Assembly (NCBI GenBank): GCA_964399495.1
Contig: CAYNQX010000015.1
Span: 7,380 to 71,379 of the forward strand
Reading direction: 5' to 3'
Length of the DNA: 64,000 bases
DNA from: an uncultured bacterium
Lineage (GTDB): Bacteria > Krumholzibacteriota > Krumholzibacteriia > JACNKJ01
Shown here: positions 53,775 to 64,000 of the stretch, piece after piece
Position numbering within the stretch: position 1 is the stretch's first letter
Layout of the letters: each line of letters opens with the position of its first letter
The notes under the pieces: generated by a model
Told to the model about the DNA's origin: nothing
Databases searched by the model: none
What the model saw: the letters and a program-made list of their open reading frames with translations, nothing else
Program-made: the position numbers and the translations under genes

Positions 53775-56438
53775 TCAGTCGCTCATCATGCTGGCGAGTT
53801 CGTCGCTCAGGGACTGGCTATCCACCGGCTTGCTATCCATGACGCCGTGATCGTTCGCGCCCAGTTCGAAGCTCTCCACGAGCTTGCGGAGCTGACCGGC
53901 CTGGCTGGCCATCTCCTGGGACGAGCTGGCCGACTCCTCGGAGTTCGCGGCGTTCTGCTGGGTGACCTGGTTGATCTGCTCGAGCGCCAGGTTCACCTGC
54001 CGGGTGCCCTCCTCCTGGCTCTGGGAGAGCTCGGTGATCTTGGCCATCTCGTCGCCCACCTGGTCCACCTGCTGGTGGATCTCCTGCAGGTCGGAGAGTA
54101 CGGCCTCGTTCAGCCGGATGCCGTTCTCGGCGTTGCGCACGGCGTCGTCGATCATGCCGGCGGTATCCTTGGCCGCCTCCGCGCTGCGGATCGCCAGGTT
54201 GCGCACCTCCTCGGCCACCACCGCGAATCCCTTGCCCGCGTCGCCCGCGCTGGCCGCCTCGACGGCCGCGTTCAGGGCAAGCAGGTTCGTCTGGAAGGCG
54301 ATCTCGTCGATGGTGCTCACGATGCTGGAGATCTCGCCGGCGGAGCGCTGGATCTTCTCCATGGCGCTCGTGAGCTCGCCCATGTTGCCCAGGCCCTTCC
54401 GCGCCACGTTCTGCGCCTGCTCGGTGACGGTCTGAACCTCGCCCGCCAGGGATGCCGAGTCGCGGCTCTGGGAGGTGATCTCGTTCACCGTGGCGGAGAT
54501 CTCCTGCAGGCTGCTGGCCTGGGTGGAGTTGCTGTTGGCCAGCTCCTGGCTGCCCGTCCCGATCTGCTGCGCCGCGAAGGTGAGATGGCTCGAGGCGTCG
54601 GACACCTGACGCATGCCCGACTCGAGATTGCCCACCGCGCTGTTCAACGACTGCTGCAGCTTCGTGAAGTCGCCGGCGTAGTGACCGGTCATCCGTGCGC
54701 CGAGGTTGCGCGCGGCAACGCGCTCGAGGGTGCCGAGAGCGGCGCCCAGGGGATTGGCGAAGGCGTCCAGGGTGTCGTTGAGCATCGAGACGATCCTCGA
54801 GTAATCGCCCTGGTAGCTCGCCGCGTCGGCCCTCTCGTTGAAGCGGCCCTGCACGGCGTTGCCCGCGAGATTGCCCACGTCGCCGATGAGGCGCCGCAGC
54901 GTGTCGATGCAGCCGGTCACCGCCTCGTCGATGGCCATGAAGTTCTCGCGGATCTCGGCGGTGTCGGCGTCGCCATCGGAAACCGAGTAGTCCAGGTCGA
55001 GCTTGCCGGCGGCGAGATGGTTGAGGCTGTCGGTGAGACGCTCCACCTCGGCGGTCTGGTAGCGCGAGCGTTTCTCGCCGAGCTTCGCGGCTCGCTTCAC
55101 CTCGGTGAGGTCGGCGATCACCGCGAGGGCTCCCACCACCTTGCCCCCGTCGTCGGTCACGGGCACGCCGCTGTAGTCGATGTCGTGATCGTGGCCGCCC
55201 GCGCGCACGGCGGTCTCGATGCTATGGCTGTTGCCGTCGGCGATGGCCCGATTCACGGGGCAGTGGTTCTCGCCTTCGATGAGAGAGAGGAACTCGCTCC
55301 AGCTCTTGCCGGTCATCGTTTCGGATTCACTACCCACGAAACGAGTGGCGGCGCTGTTCGCGTAGAGAACCCGACTCTTGCGATCCAGCAACACGGCCGG
55401 CGCGGGAACGGAGTCGAGATGGCCGACGAGAGCGTCGAGCAGTTCGTTCACGCCGGTGATGATCTCACGGAAGCCGCCCTCGAATCGAGACGCGTCGCTG
55501 CGGGCGCCCACCTCTCCGCGGATCGCGCTCGCGCTGAGTCCCCGCAGATCCTCGATGAGGGTGCTCACCGTGCCGCGAAGCTCCTCGTAGGAGCTCGCGA
55601 GGACGTCCTCCTCGCTGCGGCTCGCCACCTCGGTGTCGAGGCGGCCATGGCTGAGGGCCTCGAGGCCCGAGGACACCGTGCGGAAGTAGTCCAGCACGCC
55701 GCGGAAGGAGTCGGCCAGCACGCCGAGCTCGTCGCCCGAATGATGGCGCACCTCGAGGGACGCATCGCCCACCGCAACGCCGGACGCCACCTGGGTGAGC
55801 TCACCCAGGGGCTTGAGCACGGCGCGGTGAAGGAAGAAGAAGATGCCGGCGAAGGCGAGGACGGCCGCTCCGAGAAGGGCGAGCATCAGCGTCTTCACGG
55901 TGGCCAGCTTGCCGCGGGAGACCTGCTCGTACATGCCCACGGCCTTGTTCATCGTCTTGAGCAGGGGGATCGACTTGGCCTCGATGAGGGCCAGGGCCTC
56001 GCCGAACTGCGGAGTGCCGGGATCCCCGGACGCCACCGCGCGAACGGCCTCGTGGAACGGCGACCAGATGGTCTGCACCTCGGCGAGTTGAGCGCGGATC
56101 TGCTCCTCGGTGGTGGGCGGCAATGTTACCGGATCGCCGCCTCCGCCCACGGTCTCACCACCGTCGAGAAGGGCGCTGAGGGTCTTGTCGAAGAGGCCGG
56201 CGGTGCCGGAGAGGGCCTTGCGGTAGGCCTCCTGGTCCTCGGCGTCCTTGGCGACTCCCAGGGCTTCCTTGGTCATCTTCTGAGACAGCATGCGCTGGCG
56301 GCCCGCCAGGTTCACGACGGCCGCGTCGTTGTTCTGTGCCTCGAGCACCTTGAACACGCCGACCACTCCGCCGCAGAACAGAACCGCCGCCATCGACAGC
56401 ACCAGGGCGAGCTTCGCGCGAATACTCCAGGAGTTCAT
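53775..56438 (-). CDS. Methyl-accepting chemotaxis protein (PilJ/NarX-like sensor, HAMP, PAS, MCP signal)
   Basis: [17 protein letters not shown] sensor motif; [33 protein letters not shown] signalling hairpin. Confidence 0.95.
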   Translation of the reverse strand: MNSWSIRAKLALVLSMAAVLFCGGVVGVFKVLEAQNNDAAVVNLAGRQRMLSQKMTKEALGVAKDAEDQEAYRKALSGTAGLFDKTLSALLDGGETVGGGGDPVTLPPTTEEQIRAQLAEVQTIWSPFHEAVRAVASGDPGTPQFGEALALIEAKSIPLLKTMNKAVGMYEQVSRGKLATVKTLMLALLGAAVLAFAGIFFFLHRAVLKPLGELTQVASGVAVGDASLEVRHHSGDELGVLADSFRGVLDYFRTVSSGLEALSHGRLDTEVASRSEEDVLASSYEELRGTVSTLIEDLRGLSASAIRGEVGARSDASRFEGGFREIITGVNELLDALVGHLDSVPAPAVLLDRKSRVLYANSAATRFVGSESETMTGKSWSEFLSLIEGENHCPVNRAIADGNSHSIETAVRAGGHDHDIDYSGVPVTDDGGKVVGALAVIADLTEVKRAAKLGEKRSRYQTAEVERLTDSLNHLAAGKLDLDYSVSDGDADTAEIRENFMAIDEAVTGCIDTLRRLIGDVGNLAGNAVQGRFNERADAASYQGDYSRIVSMLNDTLDAFANPLGAALGTLERVAARNLGARMTGHYAGDFTKLQQSLNSAVGNLESGMRQVSDASSHLTFAAQQIGTGSQELANSNSTQASSLQEISATVNEITSQSRDSASLAGEVQTVTEQAQNVARKGLGNMGELTSAMEKIQRSAGEISSIVSTIDEIAFQTNLLALNAAVEAASAGDAGKGFAVVAEEVRNLAIRSAEAAKDTAGMIDDAVRNAENGIRLNEAVLSDLQEIHQQVDQVGDEMAKITELSQSQEEGTRQVNLALEQINQVTQQNAANSEESASSSQEMASQAGQLRKLVESFELGANDHGVMDSKPVDSQSLSDELASMMSD

Positions 56439-56507
56439 CGATCCCTCCCAATATGGGAATCAGGCTTGGTGACGTCGACCCTGATCGGATCGACCTATCA
56501 GTAGGAG

Positions 56508-56534
56508 AGATCGGCAGAATGGAGAGTGGGCTTA
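56508..56534 (-). promoter_or_regulatory. Sigma28 (FliA)-type promoter of the MCP gene
   Basis: Minus strand TAAG-N15-GCCGATCT versus consensus TAAA-N15-GCCGATAA; 70 nt upstream of the ATG. Confidence 0.7.
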
Positions 56535-56692
56535 ATCTGAATCTTTCAGATCCGAAAATTAGGTGTGGCGCGCAACCGGTTGTCATTGCATGAGATAGGG
56601 GTGAGTCATCCAGCGAGACAGCCTGACATGTTGCCGGGAAATCGACATTTATCTCGTTAATGCAATTTAAAGGAGCCGAATTCCGGAAGATC

Positions 56693-57061
56693 TCACTCCG
56701 TGTCGCGCTCGATCAGCCCGATCATATGGCCCTCCGGATCGCGGAAGAACGCGAGCCGACCCACGCCATCGAGCGCGAAGGGTCCCTGCAGGATCTCCTG
56801 TCCTGCATCGGCGGCGCGCCCGCAGACGACATCGATATCCTCCACCTGCACGTAGATGCAGCGGTGCGTGGGCAGCCGACCCTGCCCGGTGAAGATGCCG
56901 CCGCCGATGTTGCCCGGCGCGTCCGACCGTTTCACTTCCCAGATGCCGCTCTTCTCGTCCAGGGGCATCTCCCACTCGAAGACCTCGCGGTAGAAGGCGC
57001 TGAGCTTCTCGCCGTCCTTCGCGTTGATCTCCCACCACACCACGGGGTTCTTCATCGTCAC
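56693..57061 (-). CDS. VOC (glyoxalase/bleomycin-resistance) family protein
   Basis: NPVVWWEINAKD...FYREVFEW, IYVQVEDID and FRDPEGHMIGL. Confidence 0.9.
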   Translation of the reverse strand: MTMKNPVVWWEINAKDGEKLSAFYREVFEWEMPLDEKSGIWEVKRSDAPGNIGGGIFTGQGRLPTHRCIYVQVEDIDVVCGRAADAGQEILQGPFALDGVGRLAFFRDPEGHMIGLIERDTE

Positions 57062-57062
57062 C

Positions 57063-60000
57063 TCACTCGGCGGGGTCGTAGGCCAGGCGCGAGGTCAGCC
57101 AGCGCTCGACCTCCTCCACGTTCACTCCGCGTCGCGCGGCGTAGTCCGTCGCCTGGTCGCGGCCGATGCGGCCGACGTCGAAGTAGCGGGACTCCGGATG
57201 ACCGAAGACCAGGCCGCTCACGCTGGCCGCGGGCGTCATCGCGGCGTTCTCCGTGAGATCCATGCCCAGATCTCTCGCACCCAGCAGATCGAAGAGCTCG
57301 AACTTGAGCGAGTGATCGGGACAGGCCGGATAGCCGACCGCGGGACGCACGCCGCGATAATCCTCTCGAATCAGCGCCTCCAGCTTCGCCGGCGGATCCT
57401 CGCCGATGCTCCACTCCCCGCGCATCCGCGCGTGCAGCCATTCGGCGAAGGCCTCCGCCAGGCGGTCGGCGATGGCCTTCACGAGCAGCGCGCGGTAGTC
57501 GTCGCCCGCGCGCTCGTAGGCCGTGGCCAGGGGCTCGGCGCCCAGGCCCGCCGTCAGGGCGAAGAGCCCCAGGTGGTCATCCGATGGCGCCAGGAAGTCG
57601 GAAAGGCAGACCTGTGGCGCGTCGCCCTTCTTCTCGCCCTGCTGGCGAAGCATGGGCAGCCGGGGTCCGCCTTCGAGCACGATGTCGTCGCCGTCCGCTC
57701 TCGCTGGCCAGAACCCGTAGACGCCGGCCGCGGCGAGCCGTTCGTCGACCACGATCTGTTCCAGCATGGCCCTGCCGTCGGCGTAGAGATCGCGGGCGGC
57801 GGCGCCGCGCGCGGGGTGATCGAGCAGCTTGGGGAAACGGCCCCGCAGGTCCCAGGCGTGGAAGAAGGGCGTCCAGTCGATGAATTCCAGCAGCTCCGCC
57901 AGGGGCGGCTCGATCCGACGCGCCCCGAGGAAGTCGGGACGCGGCCGGTCGGCCGTCATCGTGAACCGTCGCGCCCGCGCCTCGTCCAGCGAGAGCAGCG
58001 GTCGCGCCTTCTCGAAATGCCCTGCCCTGAGCTCGTCCTGCGCCTCCGCCGCCTCCGCCAAAGTCTCCGCGGCGCCATCATCCAGTAATGATGCCACCAC
58101 CGGCGCCGCCCGACTGGCGTCGGACACGTGCAGCACGCCGCCGGAATATTCGGGGGCGATCCTGAGCGCCGTGTGCAGGGGGCTCGTCGTCGCGCCGCCG
58201 ATGAGCAGGGGCTGCGAGAGGCCGCAGCGCTCCATTTCGCGGGCGACGGCCGTCATCTCGTCGAGGCTCGGCGTGATCAGGCCGCTCAGCCCGACGATCT
58301 GCGCCCCCTCCTCGCGGGCCCTGGCGACGATGGTGTCGCCCGGCACCATCACGCCGAGATCCACCACCTCGTAGCCGTTGCAGCCCAACACCACCGACAC
58401 GATGTTCTTGCCGATGTCGTGCACGTCCCCCTTCACCGTGGCCAGCAGCACCTTGCCGCGGCTCGGACCTTCGGCGCTCTCCGCCTCGAGGCGCGGCTGG
58501 AGAATCGTCACCGCGCGCTTCATCACGCGGGCGCTCTTCACGACCTGGGGCAGGAACATCTTCCCCGCGCCGAAGAGCTCGCCCACCTTCGCCATGCCCG
58601 CCATGAGCGGGCCCTCGATCACCGCCAGCGCGCTGGGGTAGGCGCCCAGGGCCTCGCCGACGTCGAGTTCGAGATGCTCCAGAACTCCCAGGCGAAGGGC
58701 ATGGGCAAGCCGCTCCTCGACGTCGCCCGCGCGCCAGGCCTCGTCCTTCGCCTCGGCCTTGCGCCCGCCCCTGACGCCCTCGGCGAAGGCGATCAACCGT
58801 TCGGTGGCGTCGTCCTTGCGGCGGAACAGCACGTCCTCCACCCGCTCGAGCAGCTCCGGCTCGATCTCCTCGTAGAGGCCGAGCTGCCCGGCGTTCACGA
58901 TGCCCATGTCGAGTCCGGCCTCGATGGCGTGGAACAGGAAGGCGGCGTGCATCGCCTCGCGCACCGTGTCGTTGCCGCGGAAGGCGAAGGACAGGTTGCT
59001 CACGCCGCCGCTGATCCGCGCGCCGGGGCAGCGCTCCTTCAGGCGCGGCAGGGCCTCGAGGAACTCCAGCGCGTAGCGCTCGTGCTCGGGCAGGCCCGTG
59101 GCCACGGCGAGAATGCCGGGGTCGAGGATCAGATCCTCCGGCTCGAAACCGGCCCGGTCGAGCAGCAGGTCGTAGGCGCGGCCGAGTATCTCCACCTTGC
59201 GATCGGCCGTGTCGGCCTGGCCCGTCTCGTCGAAGGCCATCACCACCAGCGCCGCGCCGTGGCGACGCACGACCCGCGCCCGTTCGACGAACTCCGCCTC
59301 GCCCTCCTTGAGGCTCAGCGAGTTCACGGCGCCCTTGCCCTGGAGGCAGCGCAGGCCGGCCTCCACCACTTCCCAGCGCGAGCTGTCGATCATGATCGGC
59401 AGCGCGGCGATTTCCGGCTCGGTGGCGAGCAGTTTGAGAAAGCGATCCATGGCGGCCGGTCCGTCGATGAGCGCCTCGTCCATGTTGACGTCCAGCATGT
59501 TCGCGCCGCCGCGCACCTGCTGCCGGGCGACCTCGAGAGCCTCCTCGTAGTTCTCCTCGCGAATCAGACGCGCGAAGCGGCGGCTGCCGGCCACGTTCGC
59601 GCGTTCCCCCACCATGAAGAAGTTGCTCTCGGGGCGGATCTCCTGCAGCTCGATGCCGCTGTAACGGCTGCTTCGCTGGCCGGCGGGGATCGCGCGCGGC
59701 GGCAGCCCCGCCACGGCCTTCGCGATGGCCGCGACGCTCTCGGGCGTGGTGCCGCAACAGCCGCCCACCAGGTTCACGAGACCGCTGGCGGCGAACTCCC
59801 GCACCAGGGCGGCCATCTCCTCGGGCGTCTCGTCGTAACCGCCCATGGCGTTGGGCAGGCCGGCGTTGGGATAGACGCTCACCGGCAGGGGCGCGATGCG
59901 CGCCAGTTCGGCCAGCGCCGGGCGGATCTCCCGCGCGCCGAAGCTGCAGTTGAGGCCCACGCTCACCGGGCGCGCATGCTCCACGGCCGCCCAGAAGGCG

Positions 60001-60689
60001 GGAATCGTCATGCCGGTGAGGGTGCGCAGGGAGCGGTCGGTGACCGTGACCGAAATCATGACGGGCAAGCGCGCGGAGCGCTCGAGAAAAACATCCTCGA
60101 TCGCCACCAGCGCGGCCTTGGCCATGAGGGGGTCGAAGATCGTCTCCACCAGCAGCGTGTCGGCGCCGCCGTCGACGAGTCCGGCGGCCGCGTCGAAGTA
60201 GGCCTGCCTCACCTGCTCCCAGGTGACGGCGCGGAAGCCGGGGTCGTCGACGTCGGGCGAGAGCGAGAGGGTCTTGTTCGTGGGGCCCAGGCTGCCCGTG
60301 ACGAAGCGCGGGCGCGAGGGGTCGGCGGCCTCGGCCTCGTCGCAGGCGGTGCGCGCGAGCTCGGCCGACGCCCGGTTCATGGCGTAGCTGTCCGCCTCGA
60401 CGCCGTAGTCGGCCTGGCTGATCGCCGTCGCGTTGAAGGTGTTGGTGCCGATCAGGTCCGCTCCGGCCGCCAGGTAGGCGCGGTGGATCTCCCCAATCGC
60501 CTCGGGCTGGGTCAGCGAGAGGATGTCGTTGTCGCCCTTCAACTCCTCCGCGTGGTCGGCGTAGCGCCGGCCGCGGAAGTCGGCCTCGGTGAAGCCCTTG
60601 GCCTGGATCAGGCTGCCCATGGCTCCGTCGAGCACCAGGATCCGCTCGGCGAGCAGCTCGCGTAGGCGCTCGGTGGCGTCCGGCCTCAC
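57063..60689 (-). CDS. metH: Cobalamin-dependent methionine synthase
   Basis: [36 protein letters not shown]12-binding motif and [12 protein letters not shown] activation domain. Confidence 0.97.
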   Translation of the reverse strand: MRPDATERLRELLAERILVLDGAMGSLIQAKGFTEADFRGRRYADHAEELKGDNDILSLTQPEAIGEIHRAYLAAGADLIGTNTFNATAISQADYGVEADSYAMNRASAELARTACDEAEAADPSRPRFVTGSLGPTNKTLSLSPDVDDPGFRAVTWEQVRQAYFDAAAGLVDGGADTLLVETIFDPLMAKAALVAIEDVFLERSARLPVMISVTVTDRSLRTLTGMTIPAFWAAVEHARPVSVGLNCSFGAREIRPALAELARIAPLPVSVYPNAGLPNAMGGYDETPEEMAALVREFAASGLVNLVGGCCGTTPESVAAIAKAVAGLPPRAIPAGQRSSRYSGIELQEIRPESNFFMVGERANVAGSRRFARLIREENYEEALEVARQQVRGGANMLDVNMDEALIDGPAAMDRFLKLLATEPEIAALPIMIDSSRWEVVEAGLRCLQGKGAVNSLSLKEGEAEFVERARVVRRHGAALVVMAFDETGQADTADRKVEILGRAYDLLLDRAGFEPEDLILDPGILAVATGLPEHERYALEFLEALPRLKERCPGARISGGVSNLSFAFRGNDTVREAMHAAFLFHAIEAGLDMGIVNAGQLGLYEEIEPELLERVEDVLFRRKDDATERLIAFAEGVRGGRKAEAKDEAWRAGDVEERLAHALRLGVLEHLELDVGEALGAYPSALAVIEGPLMAGMAKVGELFGAGKMFLPQVVKSARVMKRAVTILQPRLEAESAEGPSRGKVLLATVKGDVHDIGKNIVSVVLGCNGYEVVDLGVMVPGDTIVARAREEGAQIVGLSGLITPSLDEMTAVAREMERCGLSQPLLIGGATTSPLHTALRIAPEYSGGVLHVSDASRAAPVVASLLDDGAAETLAEAAEAQDELRAGHFEKARPLLSLDEARARRFTMTADRPRPDFLGARRIEPPLAELLEFIDWTPFFHAWDLRGRFPKLLDHPARGAAARDLYADGRAMLEQIVVDERLAAAGVYGFWPARADGDDIVLEGGPRLPMLRQQGEKKGDAPQVCLSDFLAPSDDHLGLFALTAGLGAEPLATAYERAGDDYRALLVKAIADRLAEAFAEWLHARMRGEWSIGEDPPAKLEALIREDYRGVRPAVGYPACPDHSLKFELFDLLGARDLGMDLTENAAMTPAASVSGLVFGHPESRYFDVGRIGRDQATDYAARRGVNVEEVERWLTSRLAYDPAE

Positions 60690-62581
60690 TTACGGGCCTC
60701 CTCGCGAGCGGCGATATCGGGCTTCAGCGCTTCGAGCATGCTCCTGGCCACCTCGCCTCGGTTGAAGGGCGCGCTGATCTGCAGGCCCTCCACGCTCCCC
60801 ATCACCGCCCGACTCATCTCGAGGGCGATGGCCAGCCCCTCGGCGCGCTCCGCCTCGGGGTCGCCGGCCACGTCGCGCATGCGGGACATGAGCCCTTCGG
60901 GAATCGAGACGCCCGGCACCTCGTTGTCGAGGAACTCCGCGTTGCGCAGCGACTGCAGGGGCCAGATGCCCGCCAACACGGGGATGCGGTCGGCCTTCAC
61001 CGCCTCGAGGAAGGAGAGCAGCGCTTCGATATCGAAGACGGGCTGCGTGACCGCGTACTCGGCGCCGGCCTCCACCTTCCAGTGGAAGCGGTCGATCTCC
61101 CGCTCCATGTTGATGGCGGTGGGGTTGGCGCCCACGCCGATCATGAAGCCGGTGGGGTCGCCGATGCTGCGGCCGCCCACGTCGTGCCCGTGGTTGAGGC
61201 GATGGACCAGGTTGGTGAGGCCGATGGCGTCCACGTCGAAGACCGGGGTGGCCTGCGGATAGTCGCCCTTCACGGGCGGATCGCCGGTGATGAGCAGCAG
61301 GTTGCGCAGGCCGAGGGCGTAGGCGCCGAGCAGGTCGGCCTGCATGCCGAGCAGGTTGCGGTCGCGGCAGACGTAGTGGAGCACCGGCTCGATCGTGCCG
61401 AAGGCCTCGGCGATCGATACCGCGGTGGCCAGCGGGCTCAGGCGCGCCGTGGCGCGCGGGCCGTCGGGAATGTTCACGACGTCGAAGCCCGTCGTCTCCA
61501 TCTCCTTGGTGAGAGCGAGGATCTTGGACAGGTCCCAGCCCCGCGGCGGCAGCAGCTCCACGCTGGCGATGAACTCGCCGCCAGCGATCTTCTCGGCGAA
61601 GCGGCTCTTGGCCGCCTGGGGTATGGGCTCGACCACGCGCGAAGGCGCGCTGGTGTCCGGCAGCGCGGAGCTGGCCCGGGAGACCGGCGCCACCGCCTTC
61701 AGGGAGCGGGCGAGCGCCGCGATGTGGTCGGGCGTGGTGCCGCAGCAGCCGCCGATGATGTTCGCCCCGGACTCCAGGAAGAGCTTGCCGTAGCGGGCGA
61801 AGTAGTCGGGGCTCGACAGATAGAAGGTGCGCTCCTCCATCTGCTTCGGGAAGCCGGCGTTCGGCTGTATCGAGATCGGCAGCTCGGTGACGCCGCGTAT
61901 CGACTCGAGGGCCTCGAGCATCACCTCGGGCCCCACGGTGCAGTTGAGGCCGATGGCGTCCGGATCGGCCTCGACCACGAAGGGCAGCACGTCGATGAGC
62001 GGGGAGCCGAAGAGGGTCTCGCCGCCCTCGTCCATGGTGAGCTGCGCGACGATGGGCCTGTCCGGCGCCGTCTCGCGCACGCCGCGCACCGCCTCGACGA
62101 GCGCGTTCGGATCGGCGAAGGTCTCGAGGACGATCAGATCCACGCCGCCGGCCAGCAGGGATTCGGCCTGGCGACGGAAACAGGCGCGCGCCTCCGCCAT
62201 TGATGTGGGCCCCCAGGGCTCGAGCTTCACGCCGAGCGGTCCCATGGCGCCGGCCACCCAGACGTCCGAACCCTCACCCGCCACCTCGCGGGCCAGCTCG
62301 GCGCCGCGGCGGTTGATCTCGTCGGCCTTCTCCTCCAGATGATGGCTGCGCAGCTTGAAGCAGTTGGCGCCGAAGGTGTTGGTCTGGATCACCTGCGCGC
62401 CCGCGCGGCGGTATTCCGCGTGGATGCTGCGCACGAGATCGGGATCGTCCAGGTTGAGCGCGTCGAAGCAGCGCCCCAGGTGCACACCGTGGTCGTAGAG
62501 GCTGGTGCCCATGGCGCCGTCGAAGATCAGGACGCCCCGGGTCACTCGTTCGCGGAACTCCTCGCGCGTCACCCTGGCCAT
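60686..62581 (-). CDS. yitJ: Bifunctional homocysteine S-methyltransferase / methylenetetrahydrofolate reductase
   Basis: FDGAMGT, LNCTVGP and IGGCCGTTP, then VELLPP, NIPDGPRA, CRDRNLLGMQ and ITGDPP of the MTHFR fold. Confidence 0.9.
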   Translation of the reverse strand: MARVTREEFRERVTRGVLIFDGAMGTSLYDHGVHLGRCFDALNLDDPDLVRSIHAEYRRAGAQVIQTNTFGANCFKLRSHHLEEKADEINRRGAELAREVAGEGSDVWVAGAMGPLGVKLEPWGPTSMAEARACFRRQAESLLAGGVDLIVLETFADPNALVEAVRGVRETAPDRPIVAQLTMDEGGETLFGSPLIDVLPFVVEADPDAIGLNCTVGPEVMLEALESIRGVTELPISIQPNAGFPKQMEERTFYLSSPDYFARYGKLFLESGANIIGGCCGTTPDHIAALARSLKAVAPVSRASSALPDTSAPSRVVEPIPQAAKSRFAEKIAGGEFIASVELLPPRGWDLSKILALTKEMETTGFDVVNIPDGPRATARLSPLATAVSIAEAFGTIEPVLHYVCRDRNLLGMQADLLGAYALGLRNLLLITGDPPVKGDYPQATPVFDVDAIGLTNLVHRLNHGHDVGGRSIGDPTGFMIGVGANPTAINMEREIDRFHWKVEAGAEYAVTQPVFDIEALLSFLEAVKADRIPVLAGIWPLQSLRNAEFLDNEVPGVSIPEGLMSRMRDVAGDPEAERAEGLAIALEMSRAVMGSVEGLQISAPFNRGEVARSMLEALKPDIAAREEARK

Positions 62582-62583
62582 GA

Positions 62584-63369
62584 TCACTTACCCTTGGCGC
62601 CGGGGCCGAGGCCCGAGACGACGAAGGTGCCGCCGGCCGCCTTGTCGCGGGTCACCTCGATGAGTCCCTGCTTGGCGGCGTCCTCGAGCAGATCGCCGAA
62701 GGTGGAGTAGCCGAAGCTCTGCTCGTGGAAGCTCGGCTGCTTGCGCTTCATGGTGTCCTTCACCAGCGAGGAGTAGAGCGTGCCGCGGCCCTCGCGCATG
62801 AGCGCGGTGACGGTGGAGAGCAGCAGCCCAAACACCTTCTGCTTGCCCTGGGGCAGCTTCGAGAGCTTGTCCTTGGCCGCCTTGGGCTCGGCGCCCTTGC
62901 CGAGATCCTCCACGAAGATGAACTCGTCGCAGGCCTCCACGAGCAGGTCGCTCGTGGCCTCCTTGAGCGCCATGCCCACCACGAAGCGGCGGTTCTCCCG
63001 CAGCTTGTTCACGAGCGGGGTGATGTCGCTGTCCCCCGAGATGATGACGAAGCTGTCGATGTGATCCTTGGCGTAGCAGAGCTCCATGGCGTCCACCACC
63101 AGGCGGATGTCGGCGCTGTTCTTGCCCGAGATGCGCGGCTTGGGGATTTCGATGAGCTCGATGCCGGCGCTGTGCAGGGCGTCCTTGTCCTTGGGATAGC
63201 GGGACCAGTCGGCGTAGGCCTTCTTCACCACGATCTTGCCCTTTTCGAGCAGACGGTCCAGCACGGGTTTAATGTCGAACTTCTTGGCGCGCCCGCGGCC
63301 CGCCCGGCCGAGAGCGACGTTGTCGAAGTCGATGAAGAGAGCGAGATGGCTCTCGTTGTTGGTATTCAA
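62584..63369 (-). CDS. NYN (LabA/DUF88, PIN-like) domain protein with C-terminal OST-HTH/LOTUS
   Basis: LFIDFDN, KKAYADW, GKNSADIRLVVDAM, ISGDSD; FHEQSFGYSTFGDLLE; TTG start with GGAG RBS. Confidence 0.9.
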   Translation of the reverse strand: MNTNNESHLALFIDFDNVALGRAGRGRAKKFDIKPVLDRLLEKGKIVVKKAYADWSRYPKDKDALHSAGIELIEIPKPRISGKNSADIRLVVDAMELCYAKDHIDSFVIISGDSDITPLVNKLRENRRFVVGMALKEATSDLLVEACDEFIFVEDLGKGAEPKAAKDKLSKLPQGKQKVFGLLLSTVTALMREGRGTLYSSLVKDTMKRKQPSFHEQSFGYSTFGDLLEDAAKQGLIEVTRDKAAGGTFVVSGLGPGAKGK

Positions 63370-63469
63370 CGGGGTCTCCAATTCGGAGGAGTAGGGACGC
63401 GCGCCGATCCTCGGCCCGCGTTCGCAAGGAATCTGGCACGGGATCGGCAAACGGTCAATGGTGGGTAGG

Positions 63470-64000
63470 TTAGAAGCGGGTGTTCACCACGTTGTTGTAG
63501 ATGCTCCCGAAGCTGTAGCTGAGCCCCATGGACAGCGAATAGTTGTACTGGGTCTCCAGTTCGCGGCGCTGCAGGAGAATATCCTCGTCGGTGGCGTCGT
63601 AGCCCGCCAGGCTGATCTGATCGTGGATGGCCGAGTAGCCGCCGTGCAGGTTGAGGGAGAGGCCCTTCACGAGCTTCAGGTTCAGGTTGGCGTGGGCGTC
63701 GAGCCGGTTCAGGTCGAAGTCGTGCAGGTAGTGCCGCCCTTCGAGTCTGAATCCCACCGAACCCCAGTCACGGATCAGGTCCAGGTCGAGCTCCAGACCG
63801 TGGCGCCCGAGCCGCTCCTCCAGCTTCTCGTAGATGGTCTCCTGGTCGTAGTCGTAGTGGACGAAGCCGATGCTGTACTTGGCCGTGAGAGAGCGGCGCG
63901 CCGACTCCGAGTAGGGAAACACGTTGAACTCGACGGCCGGGCCAAGATACAGGCCCAGGTCGATGTTGTCGTAGAGCGAGCTGCTGGCCCAGGCCGAGGC
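63470..64000 (-). CDS. Hypothetical probable outer-membrane beta-barrel protein, 5'-truncated
   Basis: Frame open to the window edge (GPAVEFNVFPYSES...SYSFGSIYNNVVNTRF); alternating beta-strand pattern and terminal Phe. Confidence 0.6.
   Translation of the reverse strand, partial: ASAWASSSLYDNIDLGLYLGPAVEFNVFPYSESARRSLTAKYSIGFVHYDYDQETIYEKLEERLGRHGLELDLDLIRDWGSVGFRLEGRHYLHDFDLNRLDAHANLNLKLVKGLSLNLHGGYSAIHDQISLAGYDATDEDILLQRRELETQYNYSLSMGLSYSFGSIYNNVVNTRF

Noticed and set aside
56440-56690. Possible c-di-GMP riboswitch upstream of the MCP
   Set aside because: Could not find the GEMM GNAAA/GCAAAG pattern by eye; the sigma28 promoter explains the region. An Rfam scan would settle it.

Overview
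GC-rich (about 70% by spot counts) bacterial chromosomal window. Four secreted proteins with an FlgD-Ig/T9SS-type C-terminal domain, two gingipain-like C25 proteases and short 'KSLY' C-terminal tails suggest an FCB-group candidate phylum (Krumholzibacteriota/Latescibacterota/Eisenbacteria-like); this is inference. In order: a partial receiver-PEP/pyruvate-binding fusion gene (not in the ORF track), cytidylate-kinase-like protein, GT4, deacetylase, lipoprotein, Omp28-like secreted protein, DtxR-FeoA/feoB, RlmI-like methylase, three paralogous secreted proteins interrupted by sodA, a butyrate kinase-phosphate butyryltransferase fusion, two C25 proteases, a frameshifted lipoprotein, a candidate secreted selenoprotein, tandem GAPDH genes (the first predicted inactive), CheY/CheX-like pair, YtrA-type GntR/ABC operon, YbaK, DUF4153-like protein, a 21-heme cytochrome, a sigma54-controlled TolC/CusB/CusA operon with its two-component system, DUF302, an MCP with a sigma28 promoter, VOC, metH, yitJ-like, NYN and a partial gene. 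No rRNA, tRNA, CRISPR array, integrase or transposase was seen. Strongest leads: (1) an in-frame UGA giving a UxxC motif in a secreted Omp28-like protein that the ORF track splits in two; (2) a roughly 215-bp REP/REPIN-like composite element with covarying stems, found three times directly behind genes with the C-terminal sorting-type domain; (3) a GAPDH paralog lacking catalytic residues, coupled to the normal gap; (4) a short putative C-terminal sorting tail; (5) the 21-heme NapC-type fusion; (6) the Buk-Ptb fusion. Start codons were re-picked by eye and all family calls come from motif recognition, not database searches.
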